A stretch of DNA of 62,833 nt. Source: Burkholderiales bacterium (GTDB lineage Bacteria > Pseudomonadota > Gammaproteobacteria > Burkholderiales > SG8-39). The stretch lies in assembly GCA_040902335.1 (NCBI GenBank), contig JBBDXL010000194.1, positions 1-62,833 of the forward strand, written 5' to 3'. Positions 35,486-45,239 of the stretch are shown here, piece by piece (the stretch's first letter is position 1; each line of letters starts with the position of its first letter). The translations under genes and the position numbers were made by a program. A model generated the notes under the pieces. It ran no database searches. It was not told where the DNA came from and saw only the letters and a program-made list of their open reading frames with translations.

Positions 35486-35820
35486 TCTGCGAGGCCGCGG
35501 CGCTCCAGGATGGCGGAGCCGGCGTGCGCTTCGAGATCGAGTACCGCGGCGAGCGCGCGCCGGCGTTCGCGGTGCGCTACGAGGGCCGCGTGTACGGCTA
35601 TCTCAACCGCTGCGCGCACGTCGCCTTGGAGCTCGACTGGCGCGCAGGCCAGTTCTTCGATTTCGAAGGACGCGATTTGATATGCTCGACGCACGGCGCC
35701 GTGTACGCCGCAGCGAGCGGCCGCTGCCTGGGCGGACCCTGCGGCGGCGCACCGCTGGTGCGCTTGCGGGTCGAGGAACGCGACGGTCGCATCTACTACC
35801 TGGGAGTCGACGATGGCTGA
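35464..35820 (+). CDS. Rieske (2Fe-2S) domain protein
   Basis: CAH…(N)…CSTHG: NRCAHVALEL…LICSTHGAVY. 118 aa. Confidence 0.8.
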   Translation: MAAAPRLICEAAALQDGGAGVRFEIEYRGERAPAFAVRYEGRVYGYLNRCAHVALELDWRAGQFFDFEGRDLICSTHGAVYAAASGRCLGGPCGGAPLVRLRVEERDGRIYYLGVDDG

Positions 35821-36754
35821 CAACGACGGGCAATGGGAGCGCGGGCTGATCGAGCGGCTCGCCGGCGCGGCCCTGCAGGAGCAGCGGCGCGGGCGCCGCT
35901 GGGGCATCTTCTTCAAGCTGCTGACGTTCGCCTACGTCACGGTGATCATCCTGATGGCGGTGGACTGGGGGGAGCGCGGCAAGACGTCGGGCAAGCACAC
36001 CGCGCTGGTGGAGGTAAGCGGCGTGATCGCCCCCGGCACCGACGCCAGCGCGGAGCGCGTCATGGCGGCGCTGCAGTCCGCGTTCAAGGACGAGAACACG
36101 CAGGGCGTCGTCATGCGCATCAACTCGCCCGGCGGCAGCCCGGTGCAGTCGAACACCATCTACGAGGAAATGCGGCGCCTGCGCAAGAAGCATCCCGCAG
36201 TGCCGCTCTACGCGGTGATCGAGGACCTTTGCGCCTCCGGCGGCTACTACGTGGCGGCGGCCGCGGACCGCATCTATGTCGGCCGCTCGAGCATCGTCGG
36301 CTCGATCGGCGTGCGCATGGACAGCTTCGGCGTCACCGGCCTGATGGAGAAGCTCGGCGTCGAGCGGCGGCTGCTGACGGCCGGCGACAACAAGGGGTTC
36401 CTGGATCCGTTCCTCCCGGTCGACCCGACGCAGAAGGCGCACGCGCAGGCGCTGCTCGAGGACGTGCACCGGCAGTTCATCGGCGCGGTGCGCGACGGGC
36501 GCGGCAAGCGGCTCAAGGAGACGCCGGACATGTTTTCGGGGCTCGTGTGGACCGGGCAGAAAAGCGTCGAGCTCGGCCTCGCCGACGCCTTCGGCAGCCT
36601 GGATTACGTGGCGCGCGAGGTGGTGAAGGCGGAGAAGGTGGTCGACTTCACGCAGAAGGAGAACCTGGCGGAGAAATTCGCGCGGCGCCTGGGCGCCGGC
36701 GCGGCAAACGCGGTGCTCGAGTTTGCGCTGCGCGGCGCAGCGCAGCCGCGCTAG
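35813..36754 (+). CDS. sppA: Signal peptide peptidase SppA (S49 family, 36K type)
   Basis: 313 aa. …VVMRINSPGGSPVQS…, …CASGGYYVAAAADRIY…GSIGV…. Confidence 0.85.
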   Translation: MADNDGQWERGLIERLAGAALQEQRRGRRWGIFFKLLTFAYVTVIILMAVDWGERGKTSGKHTALVEVSGVIAPGTDASAERVMAALQSAFKDENTQGVVMRINSPGGSPVQSNTIYEEMRRLRKKHPAVPLYAVIEDLCASGGYYVAAAADRIYVGRSSIVGSIGVRMDSFGVTGLMEKLGVERRLLTAGDNKGFLDPFLPVDPTQKAHAQALLEDVHRQFIGAVRDGRGKRLKETPDMFSGLVWTGQKSVELGLADAFGSLDYVAREVVKAEKVVDFTQKENLAEKFARRLGAGAANAVLEFALRGAAQPR

Positions 36755-37437
36755 GCGAGCAGCAGAAACACCGCCGGGCGCCGGCCGATCGCCGTGCGCG
36801 CGCGGCGCCACTGCGCGACGCTGCGCGTGGCGATGTCCTCGCCCGGCAGCGTCAGATCCACGGCAACGCACAGGCGCGTGGCCGGCGCGCAGCATTCGAG
36901 CAGCGTGGCGAGCAGAGCGTCGTTGCGGTAGGGCGTCTCGATGAAGATCTGCGTTTCCCGCGCTTCGCGGGAGGCGCGTTCCAGTGCGCGAATGCGCTGC
37001 GCGCGCGCCGTGGCGTCGCGCGGCAGGTAGCCGCGGAAGGCGAAGCGCTGGCCTTCGAGGCCGCTCGCCATGAGGGCGAGCAGGAGCGATGAGGGGCCGA
37101 CGAGCGGCACGACGCGGTAACCCGCGGCGTGCGCGGCGGCGACCAGGGCTTGGCCCGGGTCCGCGACCCCGGGACATCCCGCCTCCGAGATCACGCCCAG
37201 GGATCGGCCGGCACGTAGCGGCGCCAGCAGGGCAGCGGCGTCGCCGTCGATGGGCGCAATGCGCAGCTCGCGCACCGGGCAGGGCATGCCGAGCGCGGCT
37301 AGGAATGCGCGCGCGCTCTTGGCATTTTCCACGGCGAAGTCGCGCAGTGCGCGCACCGTGTCGATCGTCGGCGCCGGCAGCACCTGCGCCGGCGCGCCGC
37401 CGAGCGCCGCGGGCACGAGATACAGCGCCGGCGTCAC
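36751..37437 (-). CDS. SAM-dependent methyltransferase of the tetrapyrrole-methylase (RsmI-like) fold
   Basis: 228 aa. …GVISEAGCPGVADPG…VPLVGPSSLLLALMASG…ETPYR…. The start overlaps the maf stop by 4 nt. Confidence 0.7.
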   Translation of the reverse strand: MTPALYLVPAALGGAPAQVLPAPTIDTVRALRDFAVENAKSARAFLAALGMPCPVRELRIAPIDGDAAALLAPLRAGRSLGVISEAGCPGVADPGQALVAAAHAAGYRVVPLVGPSSLLLALMASGLEGQRFAFRGYLPRDATARAQRIRALERASREARETQIFIETPYRNDALLATLLECCAPATRLCVAVDLTLPGEDIATRSVAQWRRARTAIGRRPAVFLLLA

Positions 37438-38027
37438 GCGCGCAGCACCGGCATGCCGGCTCGCGCCAGGAGCTCGCTCAGCGCGATCAGCGGCAGGCCG
37501 ATGAGCGCGGTCGGATCGCCGCTGTCGATGCCGGCGATCAGGGCGATGCCGAGCCCTTCGGCCTTGGCGCTGCCGGCGCAGTCGTAGGGCTGCTCGCGGC
37601 GCAGGTAGTCCTCGATCTGCGCCGGCGTAAGCTCGCGGAAACGCACCAGGCTGGGAACGACGCGCTCCAGAAGCCGGCCGCTACGCGCATCGAGCAGCGC
37701 CACGGCCGTGTCGAAGCGCACAGTCTTGCCGCTCACCGCCGTCAATTGGCGCACCGCGTTCGCGTGCCCCCCAGGCTTTTCCAGGCGCAGCGGGCCGCAG
37801 GAAGCGACCTGGTCGGCGCCGATGACGAGCGCTTCGCGGTGGCGCACCGCCACGGCGCGCGCCTTGTCCGTTGCAAGGCGCCGCGCCGTGGCGGCGGGCG
37901 CTTCGTCCGCGTTCACGCTTTCTGCGACCTGTGGATCGACGCACGCAAACGGCAGTCCGAGCCGCTGCAGCAGCTCCTTGCGATAAGGCGACGTCGAGGC
38001 GAGCACCAATGCGCGGGAGTCAGGCAT
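37434..38027 (-). CDS. maf: Maf-like nucleoside triphosphate pyrophosphatase (YceF-type position next to yceD)
   Basis: Internal ATG of track ORF 37434..38141: MPDSRALVLASTSPYRKELLQRLGLPF…, …YDCAGSAKAEGLGI…. Confidence 0.85.
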   Translation of the reverse strand: MPDSRALVLASTSPYRKELLQRLGLPFACVDPQVAESVNADEAPAATARRLATDKARAVAVRHREALVIGADQVASCGPLRLEKPGGHANAVRQLTAVSGKTVRFDTAVALLDARSGRLLERVVPSLVRFRELTPAQIEDYLRREQPYDCAGSAKAEGLGIALIAGIDSGDPTALIGLPLIALSELLARAGMPVLRA

Positions 38028-38036
38028 GACTTTGTT

Positions 38037-38066
38037 TTGACACGTCTTTTTTTGCGATGATATCAT
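38037..38066 (+). promoter_or_regulatory. Putative strong sigma70 promoter upstream of yceD-rpmF-plsX-fab (TTGACA-N18-TGaTATCAT)
   Basis: Perfect -35 at 38037-38042. Extended -10 TGATATCAT ends at 38066. An AT-rich island in GC-rich DNA. Only 10 nt from the annotated yceD ATG. Confidence 0.4.
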
Positions 38067-38076
38067 CCGCCCCTTC

Positions 38077-38586
38077 ATGCCGCAGCCGCCGCGGTTTCCC
38101 ATGTTCGACGGCTTCGATTTCGCGGGGGCCGGGGGCAGCATGCGCGGCGCGTGGGCTGCGGGGGAATTTCCGCGGCTGCGCGCGTTGCTGCATGACGAGG
38201 CCGGTTCGGTCGAGTACGAATTGCAGGGCGCGCGCGACGAACTCGGCCGTCACAGCCTGGATTTGCACGTGGTGGCCAGGCTGCGATTGTCCTGCAAGCG
38301 CTGTCTCGAGGCGGTCAGCGTGGAGTTGCGCGAGGACGTTACGCTGTGGCTGGCGCGCTCGCAGAGCGAACTCGACGCGCAGCCGCTCACCGCGGAAGGG
38401 CCCGACGGCATCGTCGCCACGAAGGACATGGCGGTGCGCGATCTGGTGGAGGACCAATTGCTGCTGGCGCTGCCCTATGCGCCGCTGCACGATAATTGTT
38501 CGGCGCAGGGCAGTGCGGCGCCGGTAGGACGGCAGACGCCGTTCGCAGGTCTGCGCGGCATGCTGCGCGGCAGGAATCGACATTGA
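38077..38586 (+). CDS. yceD: YceD (DUF177) ribosomal large-subunit accumulation protein
   Basis: 169 aa. CKRC…(N)…H.NC cysteine pattern (SCKRCLEAV…LHDNC), acidic region [12 protein letters not shown]. Precedes rpmF. The start may be a downstream Met. Confidence 0.8.
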   Translation: MPQPPRFPMFDGFDFAGAGGSMRGAWAAGEFPRLRALLHDEAGSVEYELQGARDELGRHSLDLHVVARLRLSCKRCLEAVSVELREDVTLWLARSQSELDAQPLTAEGPDGIVATKDMAVRDLVEDQLLLALPYAPLHDNCSAQGSAAPVGRQTPFAGLRGMLRGRNRH

Positions 38587-38599
38587 GAGGAGTCTGAAC

Positions 38600-38779
38600 A
38601 TGGCTGTGCAACAGAATAAGAAGTCCCCGTCGCGGCGCGGCATGCATCGCGCCCACGATTTCATCGGCAAGCCGCCGCTGGCGCTCGAGCCGACGACGGG
38701 CGAGGTGCATCTGCGCCATCACGTCAGCCCGAGCGGCTATTACCGCGGCAAGAAGGTCGCCAAGTCGCGGGACGAGTAA
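38600..38779 (+). CDS. rpmF: 50S ribosomal protein L32
   Basis: 59-aa ORF below the track cutoff: [20 protein letters not shown]…. GAGAGGAG Shine-Dalgarno upstream. Confidence 0.95.
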   Translation: MAVQQNKKSPSRRGMHRAHDFIGKPPLALEPTTGEVHLRHHVSPSGYYRGKKVAKSRDE

Positions 38780-38830
38780 GGCGACGCGGCGCTCGAGTCC
38801 CGGGTGAGCGGCGCGCGCGCCGCAGGCTCG

Positions 38831-39871
38831 ATGGATATCACTGTCGCCATCGACTGCATGGGGGGAGATCACGGCCCCCGTGTGACGGTCCCTGCCGCGC
38901 TGGAGTTCCAGCGCCGACACGCGGGGGTTGACATCATTCTGGTGGGCCCGCGCGATGTGCTGGAGTCGGCGCTGCGCGAACAGGGCGCCGCGGCCGGACA
39001 GCACCTGCGGGTGCAGCACGCGACCCAGCTGGTGAGCATGGACGAGCCGCCGGTCCAGGCGCTGCGCTTCAAGAAGGACTCCTCGATGCGCGTCGCGGTC
39101 AATCTGGTGAAGAGCGGCGCCGCGCACGCCTGCGTGAGCGCCGGCAACACCGGCGCCCTGATGGCCATTTCGCGTTTCGTGCTGAAGACCCTGCCGGGTA
39201 TCGACCGGCCCGCGATCGCCACGGTCCTGCCCAACATGCGCGCCGGCTGGACCTACGTGCTCGACCTCGGCGCCAATGTCGACTGCACCGCCGAGCAGCT
39301 GATGCAGTTCGGCGTGATGGGCGCCATGCTGGTGGCCGCGCTGGAGCACAAGGAGCGACCCTCCGTAGGCCTGCTCAACATCGGCGTCGAGGACATCAAG
39401 GGCAACGAAACCGTGAAGGTGGCGGCGGACCTGCTGCGCGACAGCGGCCTCAATTTTCACGGTAACGTGGAGGGTGACGACATCTACAAGGGCACCACCG
39501 ACGTGGTGGTGTGCGATGGCTTCGTCGGCAATTCCGTGCTCAAGGCGTCCGAGGGCGTCGCCAACATGATCGTGGGATTCCTGCGCCAGGAATTCACCCG
39601 CTCGCCATGGCGCAGGCTTTCCGCCCTGATCGCCCGGCCCGTGCTGAAGGCATTGCGCGCGCGCATGGACCCGGGCCGCTACAACGGCGCGAGCCTGCTC
39701 GGGCTGCGCGGCATCGTCATCAAGAGCCACGGCTCGGCCGACGCGTTCGCCTTCGGCAAGGCGCTGGAGCGCGCGGTGGACGAAGTGCGCAACGACGTCA
39801 TCGAGCGCATCACGCGCCGCATGGCGCAACTGCATCCCGCCGCGCCCGCGGCGCGCGCGGCGTCCGAATGA
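38831..39871 (+). CDS. plsX: Phosphate acyltransferase PlsX
   Basis: [24 protein letters not shown]… matches the canonical PlsX N-terminus. The track GTG at 38804 is a possible alternative start. Confidence 0.93.
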   Translation: MDITVAIDCMGGDHGPRVTVPAALEFQRRHAGVDIILVGPRDVLESALREQGAAAGQHLRVQHATQLVSMDEPPVQALRFKKDSSMRVAVNLVKSGAAHACVSAGNTGALMAISRFVLKTLPGIDRPAIATVLPNMRAGWTYVLDLGANVDCTAEQLMQFGVMGAMLVAALEHKERPSVGLLNIGVEDIKGNETVKVAADLLRDSGLNFHGNVEGDDIYKGTTDVVVCDGFVGNSVLKASEGVANMIVGFLRQEFTRSPWRRLSALIARPVLKALRARMDPGRYNGASLLGLRGIVIKSHGSADAFAFGKALERAVDEVRNDVIERITRRMAQLHPAAPAARAASE

Positions 39872-40827
39872 TCTACTCGCGCATCGTCGGCACGGGCAGT
39901 TATCTGCCGCCGCGCGTGGTCGGCAACGCGGAGTTCGCGTCGCGCCTCGACACCAGCGACCAGTGGATTCGCGAGCGCACCGGCATCGTGCAGCGCCACA
40001 TCGCCGACGAGTCGCAGGCCTCGAGCGACCTGGCGCTCGCGGCGAGCCGCGCCGCGCTGCAGGCCGCGGGACTGCGGCCCGAGGACGTCGATCTGATCAT
40101 CGTCGCCACCTCGACGCCCGACTTCATCTTCCCGAGTACGGCGTGCTTGCTGCAGGCTAAGCTCGGCGTGCGCAACTGCCCTGCGTTCGACCTGCAGGCG
40201 GTGTGCAGCGGGTTCGTCTACGCGCTCGCCACGGCCGACAGCTTCATCCGCGCCGGCATGAACAAGCGCGCGCTGGTGGTGGGCGCCGAAGTGTTTTCGC
40301 GCATCCTCGACTGGAACGATCGCGGCACCTGCGTGCTGTTCGGCGACGGCGCCGGCGCGGTGGTGCTGGCAAGCGCCGAAAAGCCCGGGTTGCATGCCTC
40401 GGTGCTGCGCGCCGACGGCAGCCATGCCGACATCCTGTCGGTGCCAGGAAACGTGTGCGGCGGACGCGTCGTCGGCTCGCCGTATCTGCACATGCAGGGC
40501 AGCCAGGTTTTCAAGTTTGCGGTCAAGGTGCTCGACGAAGTGGCGCGCGAGACCCTCGCCGCCGCTGGCATGCAGCTCGCGGACGTCGACTGGCTCATCC
40601 CCCACCAGGCCAACGTGCGCATCCTCGAGGCCACGGCACGCAAGCTCGGGCTGCCGCTGGAGCGCCTGGTGGTGACGGTGGACCATCACGGCAATACTTC
40701 CGCCGCGTCCATACCGCTCGCGCTCGACGAATACGTGCGCGCCGGGAAAATCCGCGCCGGTCACCGCGTGATGATGCAGGGCGTGGGTGGCGGCTTCACC
40801 TGGGGCGCGACTCTGGCGACAATGTGA
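39868..40827 (+). CDS. fabH: Beta-ketoacyl-ACP synthase III
   Basis: ATG overlaps the plsX stop (ATGA). [18 protein letters not shown]…, …CSGFVYAL…, HQANVRI, GGGFTWG. Confidence 0.95.
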   Translation: MIYSRIVGTGSYLPPRVVGNAEFASRLDTSDQWIRERTGIVQRHIADESQASSDLALAASRAALQAAGLRPEDVDLIIVATSTPDFIFPSTACLLQAKLGVRNCPAFDLQAVCSGFVYALATADSFIRAGMNKRALVVGAEVFSRILDWNDRGTCVLFGDGAGAVVLASAEKPGLHASVLRADGSHADILSVPGNVCGGRVVGSPYLHMQGSQVFKFAVKVLDEVARETLAAAGMQLADVDWLIPHQANVRILEATARKLGLPLERLVVTVDHHGNTSAASIPLALDEYVRAGKIRAGHRVMMQGVGGGFTWGATLATM

Positions 40828-40831
40828 CGCC

Positions 40832-41767
40832 ATGACACTGGCCATGGTTTTTCCCGGGCAGGGCTCGCAGGCTTTGGGCATGCTGCGCGCCTATGCGGGA
40901 CTGCCCGGCGTGGACGAGGTACGCCGGCAGGCGGGTGCAGCGCTGGGCGCGGAGTTTCTCAGGCTGCTCGATGAAGGACCTCAGGAGGCGCTCAACCTCA
41001 CGGTGAACACGCAGCCCGCGATGGTCACCGCCGGCTATGCGGCGTATCGCGCCTGGCGCGAGCTCGGCGGCCCTGCGCCGCAGTTCGTCGCCGGACACAG
41101 CCTGGGCGAGTACACGGCCCTGGTGGCGGCGGCGGCGATCGACTTCGCGCAATGCCTGCCGCTGGTGCGGTTCCGCGCGCAGGCGATGCAGGAGGCCGTG
41201 CCCGAGGGGCAGGGCGCGATGGCGGCGATCCTCAACTTGGACGACCAGGCGGTGCGCGCGGCGTGCGCCGAGGCGGCGCAAGGCCAGGTCGTCGATGCGG
41301 TGAACTTCAACGCGCCGGGCCAGATCGTGATCGCCGGCCACAAGGACGCGGTGGCGCGCGCGATGGAGCTGTGCAAGGCGAAGGGCGCCAAGCGCGCACT
41401 GTCCCTGCCGGTGAGCGCGCCGTTTCATTCCAGCCTGATGCGGCCGGCGGCGGAACGCCTGCGCGGCTACCTCGCCGGCGTCGCAGTGACGACGCCCGCG
41501 TGCCAGCTGATCAACAACGTGGACGTGCGTATCGAGACGCAGCCGGAAGCCATCAAGGACGCGCTCGTGCGCCAGGCGGCGGCGCCGGTGCGCTGGGTGG
41601 AGACGGTGCGCCAGATGCGCGCGCAGGGCGTGACGCACGTGCTGGAATGCGGTCCCGGCAAGGTGCTGGCGGGAATGGTGAAGCGTATCGACGGCGACTT
41701 GCAGAGCCTTGCGCTGGCGGACAAGACGTCCCTGGAGCAGGCGCTGGCGACCCTGAAGGGGGCGTGA
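40832..41767 (+). CDS. fabD: Malonyl CoA-ACP transacylase
   Basis: MTLAMVFPGQGSQALGML…, GHSLGEYTALV active site. Confidence 0.95.
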   Translation: MTLAMVFPGQGSQALGMLRAYAGLPGVDEVRRQAGAALGAEFLRLLDEGPQEALNLTVNTQPAMVTAGYAAYRAWRELGGPAPQFVAGHSLGEYTALVAAAAIDFAQCLPLVRFRAQAMQEAVPEGQGAMAAILNLDDQAVRAACAEAAQGQVVDAVNFNAPGQIVIAGHKDAVARAMELCKAKGAKRALSLPVSAPFHSSLMRPAAERLRGYLAGVAVTTPACQLINNVDVRIETQPEAIKDALVRQAAAPVRWVETVRQMRAQGVTHVLECGPGKVLAGMVKRIDGDLQSLALADKTSLEQALATLKGA

Positions 41768-41769
41768 CG

Positions 41770-42510
41770 ATGCGGCAGGACAGGCTTGCACTGGTGACCG
41801 GCGCGTCGCGCGGCATCGGCCGGGCGATCGCACTCGAGCTGGCGCGCCAGGGCGCTACGGTCGTGGGCACGGCCACCACGGAGGCAGGCGCCGCCGGCTT
41901 CGGGCAGGCGTTGGCGCAGGCGGGCGCCAAGGGCGCGGGCCGGGTGCTGAACGTGCGCGACGCCGCGCAGGGCGATGCACTGGTCGCGGACCTCCAGAAG
42001 ACGCTGGGCGACGTCGCGATCCTGGTGAACAACGCCGGCATCACGCGCGACAACCTTGCCCTGCGCATGAAGGACGCCGAGTGGGACGACGTGCTCGACA
42101 CCAACTTGAAGGCGGTATTCCGGTTGTCGCGCGCCGTGATGCGAGGCATGATGAAAGCGCGCTGGGGACGCATCATCAATATCACTTCGGTGGTCGGCGC
42201 CTCGGGTAACGCCGGACAGGCGAACTATGCGGCCGCCAAGGCCGGAGTCGTGGGTCTCACCAAGTCGCTCGCGCGCGAGCTGGGCAGCCGCGGCATCACG
42301 GTCAATTGCGTCGCGCCCGGATTCATCGACACCGACATGACGCGCGCGCTCTCGCAAGCGCAGCGCAGCGCCTTGCTGGCGCAGATTCCCCTGGGCCGGC
42401 TCGGCGAGACCGCCGATGTCGCTGCTGCGGTCGCCTATCTGGCGTCGCCGGGGGCCGGCTACATCACGGGTTGCGTGCTGCACGTCAACGGCGGCATGTA
42501 CATGGGGTGA
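41770..42510 (+). CDS. fabG: 3-oxoacyl-ACP reductase
   Basis: LALVTGASRGIGRAIA…, NNAGITRD, YAAAKAG catalytic motif. Confidence 0.95.
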   Translation: MRQDRLALVTGASRGIGRAIALELARQGATVVGTATTEAGAAGFGQALAQAGAKGAGRVLNVRDAAQGDALVADLQKTLGDVAILVNNAGITRDNLALRMKDAEWDDVLDTNLKAVFRLSRAVMRGMMKARWGRIINITSVVGASGNAGQANYAAAKAGVVGLTKSLARELGSRGITVNCVAPGFIDTDMTRALSQAQRSALLAQIPLGRLGETADVAAAVAYLASPGAGYITGCVLHVNGGMYMG

Positions 42511-42575
42511 GGGCGAGGACGCCAATTTGGTAAAATCCGGGCCGCCGCTTGGCCCCACTAGGGAAGGAGCAGAAC

Positions 42576-42815
42576 ATGGAGAACGTCGAACAACGCGTCA
42601 GGAAGATCATCGCCGAGCAGCTCGGGGTGAACGAGTCCGAGATCAAGAACGAGTCGTCGTTCGTCGATGACCTGGGCGCGGACTCCCTCGATACCGTGGA
42701 GCTGGTGATGGCCTTGGAGGAAGAGTTCGAGACCGAGATTCCCGATGAGGAAGCGGAAAAGATCACCACGGTGCAGCAGGCCATCGACTACGTGAAGTCG
42801 CATTCCAAGTCGTAG
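42576..42815 (+). CDS. acpP: Acyl carrier protein
   Basis: [18 protein letters not shown]…[28 protein letters not shown] Shine-Dalgarno upstream. Confidence 0.97.
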   Translation: MENVEQRVRKIIAEQLGVNESEIKNESSFVDDLGADSLDTVELVMALEEEFETEIPDEEAEKITTVQQAIDYVKSHSKS

Positions 42816-42830
42816 CGCCGCGCACTCTAA

Positions 42831-44063
42831 GTGTCACGCCGCAGAGTCGCCGTCACCGGGCTCGGTATCGTCTGCCCGGTCGGCAACGCCGTAGAGGAAG
42901 CCTGGCAGAACCTGGTTGCGGGCAAGCCCGGCATCGGCCCCATCACGCGCTTTGACGCGGCGCCCTTCGCCTGCCGCATCGCGGGCGAGGTCAAGGGCTT
43001 CGACGTCTCGGCATACCTGCCGCCAAAGGAAGCGCGCCACATGGACGCGTTCATCCATTACGGGCTGGCGGCGGCGATCCAGGCCTGGAAGGACTGCGGC
43101 CTGCAGGTGAGCGAAGCCAACGCCGGGCGCATCGGCGTGAACATGGGCTCCGGGATCGGCGGGCTGCCGCGCATCGAGGAAACGCACGCCGAGCTGACGC
43201 AACGCGGCCCGCGGCGCATCTCGCCGTTCTTCGTTCCGGCCTCGATCATCAACATGATCTCGGGGCATATGTCGATCCTGTACGGCATGAAGGGCCCCAA
43301 CTTGGCGGTCGTCACGGCCTGTACTACCGGGCTGCACGCCGTGGGCCAGGCGGCGCGGCTGATCGAGTACGGCGACGCCGACGTGATGGTGGCCGGCGGC
43401 GCCGAGGCGACGATCTCGCCCCTGGGGATCGGGGGGTTCGCCGCCGCGCGGGCGCTGTCGACGCGCAACGACGACCCGGCGACGGCCAGCCGTCCCTGGG
43501 ACCGGGACCGCGACGGCTTCGTGCTCGGCGAGGGCGCCGGCGCGCTCGTGCTGGAGGAATATGAGCACGCACGGGCGCGTGGCGCCCGGATCTATTGCGA
43601 GCTGACCGGCTTCGGCATGAGCGGCGACGCGTTCCACATGACGGCCCCGAATCTGGACGGGCCCAGGCGCTGCATGCAATCGGCGCTCGCGAACGCCCGC
43701 ATTGCCGCCGACCAGGTGCAATACCTCAATGCCCACGGCACCTCCACGCCCCTGGGCGACAAGAACGAAACCGAGGCGGTGAAAATGGCGTTCGGTGCGC
43801 ATGCGCGCAAGCTCGTCGTCAACTCCACCAAGTCGATGACGGGTCACCTTCTCGGCGGGGCGGGCGGCATCGAGTCTGTCTTCACCGCCCTCGCCGTGCA
43901 CAAGCAGATTTCGCCGCCCACCATCAATATCTTCAACCAGGACCCGGAGTGCGACCTGGATTACTGCGCGAACACCGCCCGGGACCTGAAGATCCAGAAC
44001 GCGGTCAAGAACAACTTCGGTTTTGGCGGCACCAACGGCACGCTGGTGTTCGCGCGCGTCTGA
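42831..44063 (+). CDS. fabF: Beta-ketoacyl-ACP synthase II
   Basis: GTG start. SRRRVAVTGLGIVCPVGN…, …VTACTTG…, NAHGTSTPLGD, NSFGFGG-type tail. Confidence 0.95.
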   Translation: MSRRRVAVTGLGIVCPVGNAVEEAWQNLVAGKPGIGPITRFDAAPFACRIAGEVKGFDVSAYLPPKEARHMDAFIHYGLAAAIQAWKDCGLQVSEANAGRIGVNMGSGIGGLPRIEETHAELTQRGPRRISPFFVPASIINMISGHMSILYGMKGPNLAVVTACTTGLHAVGQAARLIEYGDADVMVAGGAEATISPLGIGGFAAARALSTRNDDPATASRPWDRDRDGFVLGEGAGALVLEEYEHARARGARIYCELTGFGMSGDAFHMTAPNLDGPRRCMQSALANARIAADQVQYLNAHGTSTPLGDKNETEAVKMAFGAHARKLVVNSTKSMTGHLLGGAGGIESVFTALAVHKQISPPTINIFNQDPECDLDYCANTARDLKIQNAVKNNFGFGGTNGTLVFARV

Positions 44064-44068
44064 GCCGG

Positions 44069-44512
44069 ATGGCGGCGCTGCGGCTGGAGTTGCGCGCGTC
44101 GCGCGCCTTGGCGGGCGCGCTGACGCTGGTGCACGGGGCCGGCGCGGCGTGCCTCGTGGCAGTATGGCCTGGTTATGCGGGGGCAGCCCTTGCGCTTCTA
44201 TTGCTGGCCTTGGGCGCCGCCGCCGCGTGGGACCGGGCGCTGCTGCGTGCACGCGGCTCGGTGCGGGCGCTGGAGCTCGCGGACGACGGTGCCGCGACGC
44301 TCGAGCTGGCCGACGGCCGGCGCCTTGCGGCGCGCGTGGGGCGGCGGCGCCATATCGGCCCCTGGTGGGTGGCGCTGCCCCTGGCGGGCGTATCGCGACG
44401 CAGTCTGGTCGTGGTGCGCGACATGCTCCCGAGCGCCGAGTTCCGCTGCTTGAGGCTATGGGCGCTGTGGGGCAGGGTGCCGGACGCGGCGCGGCCGCCG
44501 CAGGCGGCTTGA
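44069..44512 (+). CDS. Small two-TM inner-membrane protein, YgfX/CptA (DUF1434)-like by eye
   Basis: Internal ATG of track ORF 43595..44512. 147 aa. LELRASRALAGALTLVHGAGAA…WP and …RDMLPSAEFRCLRLWAL resemble E. coli YgfX (LRVSWRAQWLSLLIHG…WP; …DSMDEAEWRDLRRIL, quoted from memory). Confidence 0.45.
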   Translation: MAALRLELRASRALAGALTLVHGAGAACLVAVWPGYAGAALALLLLALGAAAAWDRALLRARGSVRALELADDGAATLELADGRRLAARVGRRRHIGPWWVALPLAGVSRRSLVVVRDMLPSAEFRCLRLWALWGRVPDAARPPQAA

Positions 44513-44531
44513 AGGCGCGCCGGATGCGGGC

Positions 44532-44558
44532 GAACTATTTCCTGCACGCCGTGTCTCT
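44532..44558 (+). promoter_or_regulatory. Putative sigmaE/AlgU-dependent autoregulatory promoter of rpoE (GAACTA-N16-TCTCT)
   Basis: GAACTA at 44532-44537, 16-nt spacer, TCTCT at 44554-44558. Resembles the GAACTT-N16/17-TCTGA consensus. ~78 nt upstream of the rpoE GTG. Confidence 0.45.
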
Positions 44559-44635
44559 GGCAGGTAGGCGTTGCATCCGGGGGCGGTGCGGGTATGCTGC
44601 CCGGGCCGGAGCGGTAGCGAGCGGCGGGTGCAGTC

Positions 44636-45235
44636 GTGTCTGAGCGCGAGGTCGACCGCCAATTGGTGGCGCGCGCGCAACGCGGCGACAAGCGCGCGTT
44701 CGAGTTGCTGGTGGAAAAGTACCAGCGCAAGCTCGGCCGCCTGCTGGCGCGGTTCATCCGCGATCCGGCCGAGGTGGAGGATGTGACGCAGGAGGCGTTC
44801 ATCAAGGCGTACCGGGCGCTTCCGGGGTTTCGCGGCGATAGCGCGTTCTATACGTGGCTGTACCGTATTGGCATCAACACCGCCAAGAATTATCTGATGG
44901 CGCTGGGGCGGCGGGCGCCGACCTCCACGGAGGTGGAGGCGGAGGACGCCGAGGGCTTCGAGGATGGCGAGCAGTTGCGGGACATCAACACGCCGGAAAG
45001 CTTGTTGCTGTCAAAGGAAATCGCACAGACGGTGAATGCGACGATTGACGAGCTGCCCGAGGAGCTGCGCACCGCGATCCAGCTGCGCGAGATCGAGGGC
45101 ATGAGCTACGAGGACATCGCGCGCATCATGGACTGTCCGATCGGCACGGTGCGCTCGCGGATATTCAGGGCGCGCGAGGCGATCGCGGAACGGCTGCGGC
45201 CTCTGCTCGACACGCGCAAGGACCAGAGGTGGTAG
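44636..45235 (+). CDS. rpoE: ECF sigma factor RpoE (sigma-24/AlgU)
   Basis: GTG start. MSEREVDRQLVARAQRGDKRAFELLVEKYQRKL…. Regions 2 and 4 are recognisable. Confidence 0.95.
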   Translation: MSEREVDRQLVARAQRGDKRAFELLVEKYQRKLGRLLARFIRDPAEVEDVTQEAFIKAYRALPGFRGDSAFYTWLYRIGINTAKNYLMALGRRAPTSTEVEAEDAEGFEDGEQLRDINTPESLLLSKEIAQTVNATIDELPEELRTAIQLREIEGMSYEDIARIMDCPIGTVRSRIFRAREAIAERLRPLLDTRKDQRW

Positions 45236-45239
45236 CGCT

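Noticed and set aside
44524-44643. 39-codon upstream ORF (MRANYFLHAVSLAGRRC…) ending inside the rpoE start region
   Set aside because: Its GC3 bias is weak and the sequence is Arg/Gly/Cys-rich with no recognisable family. Its ATG lies upstream of the putative sigmaE promoter -10, so it would not be on that transcript.
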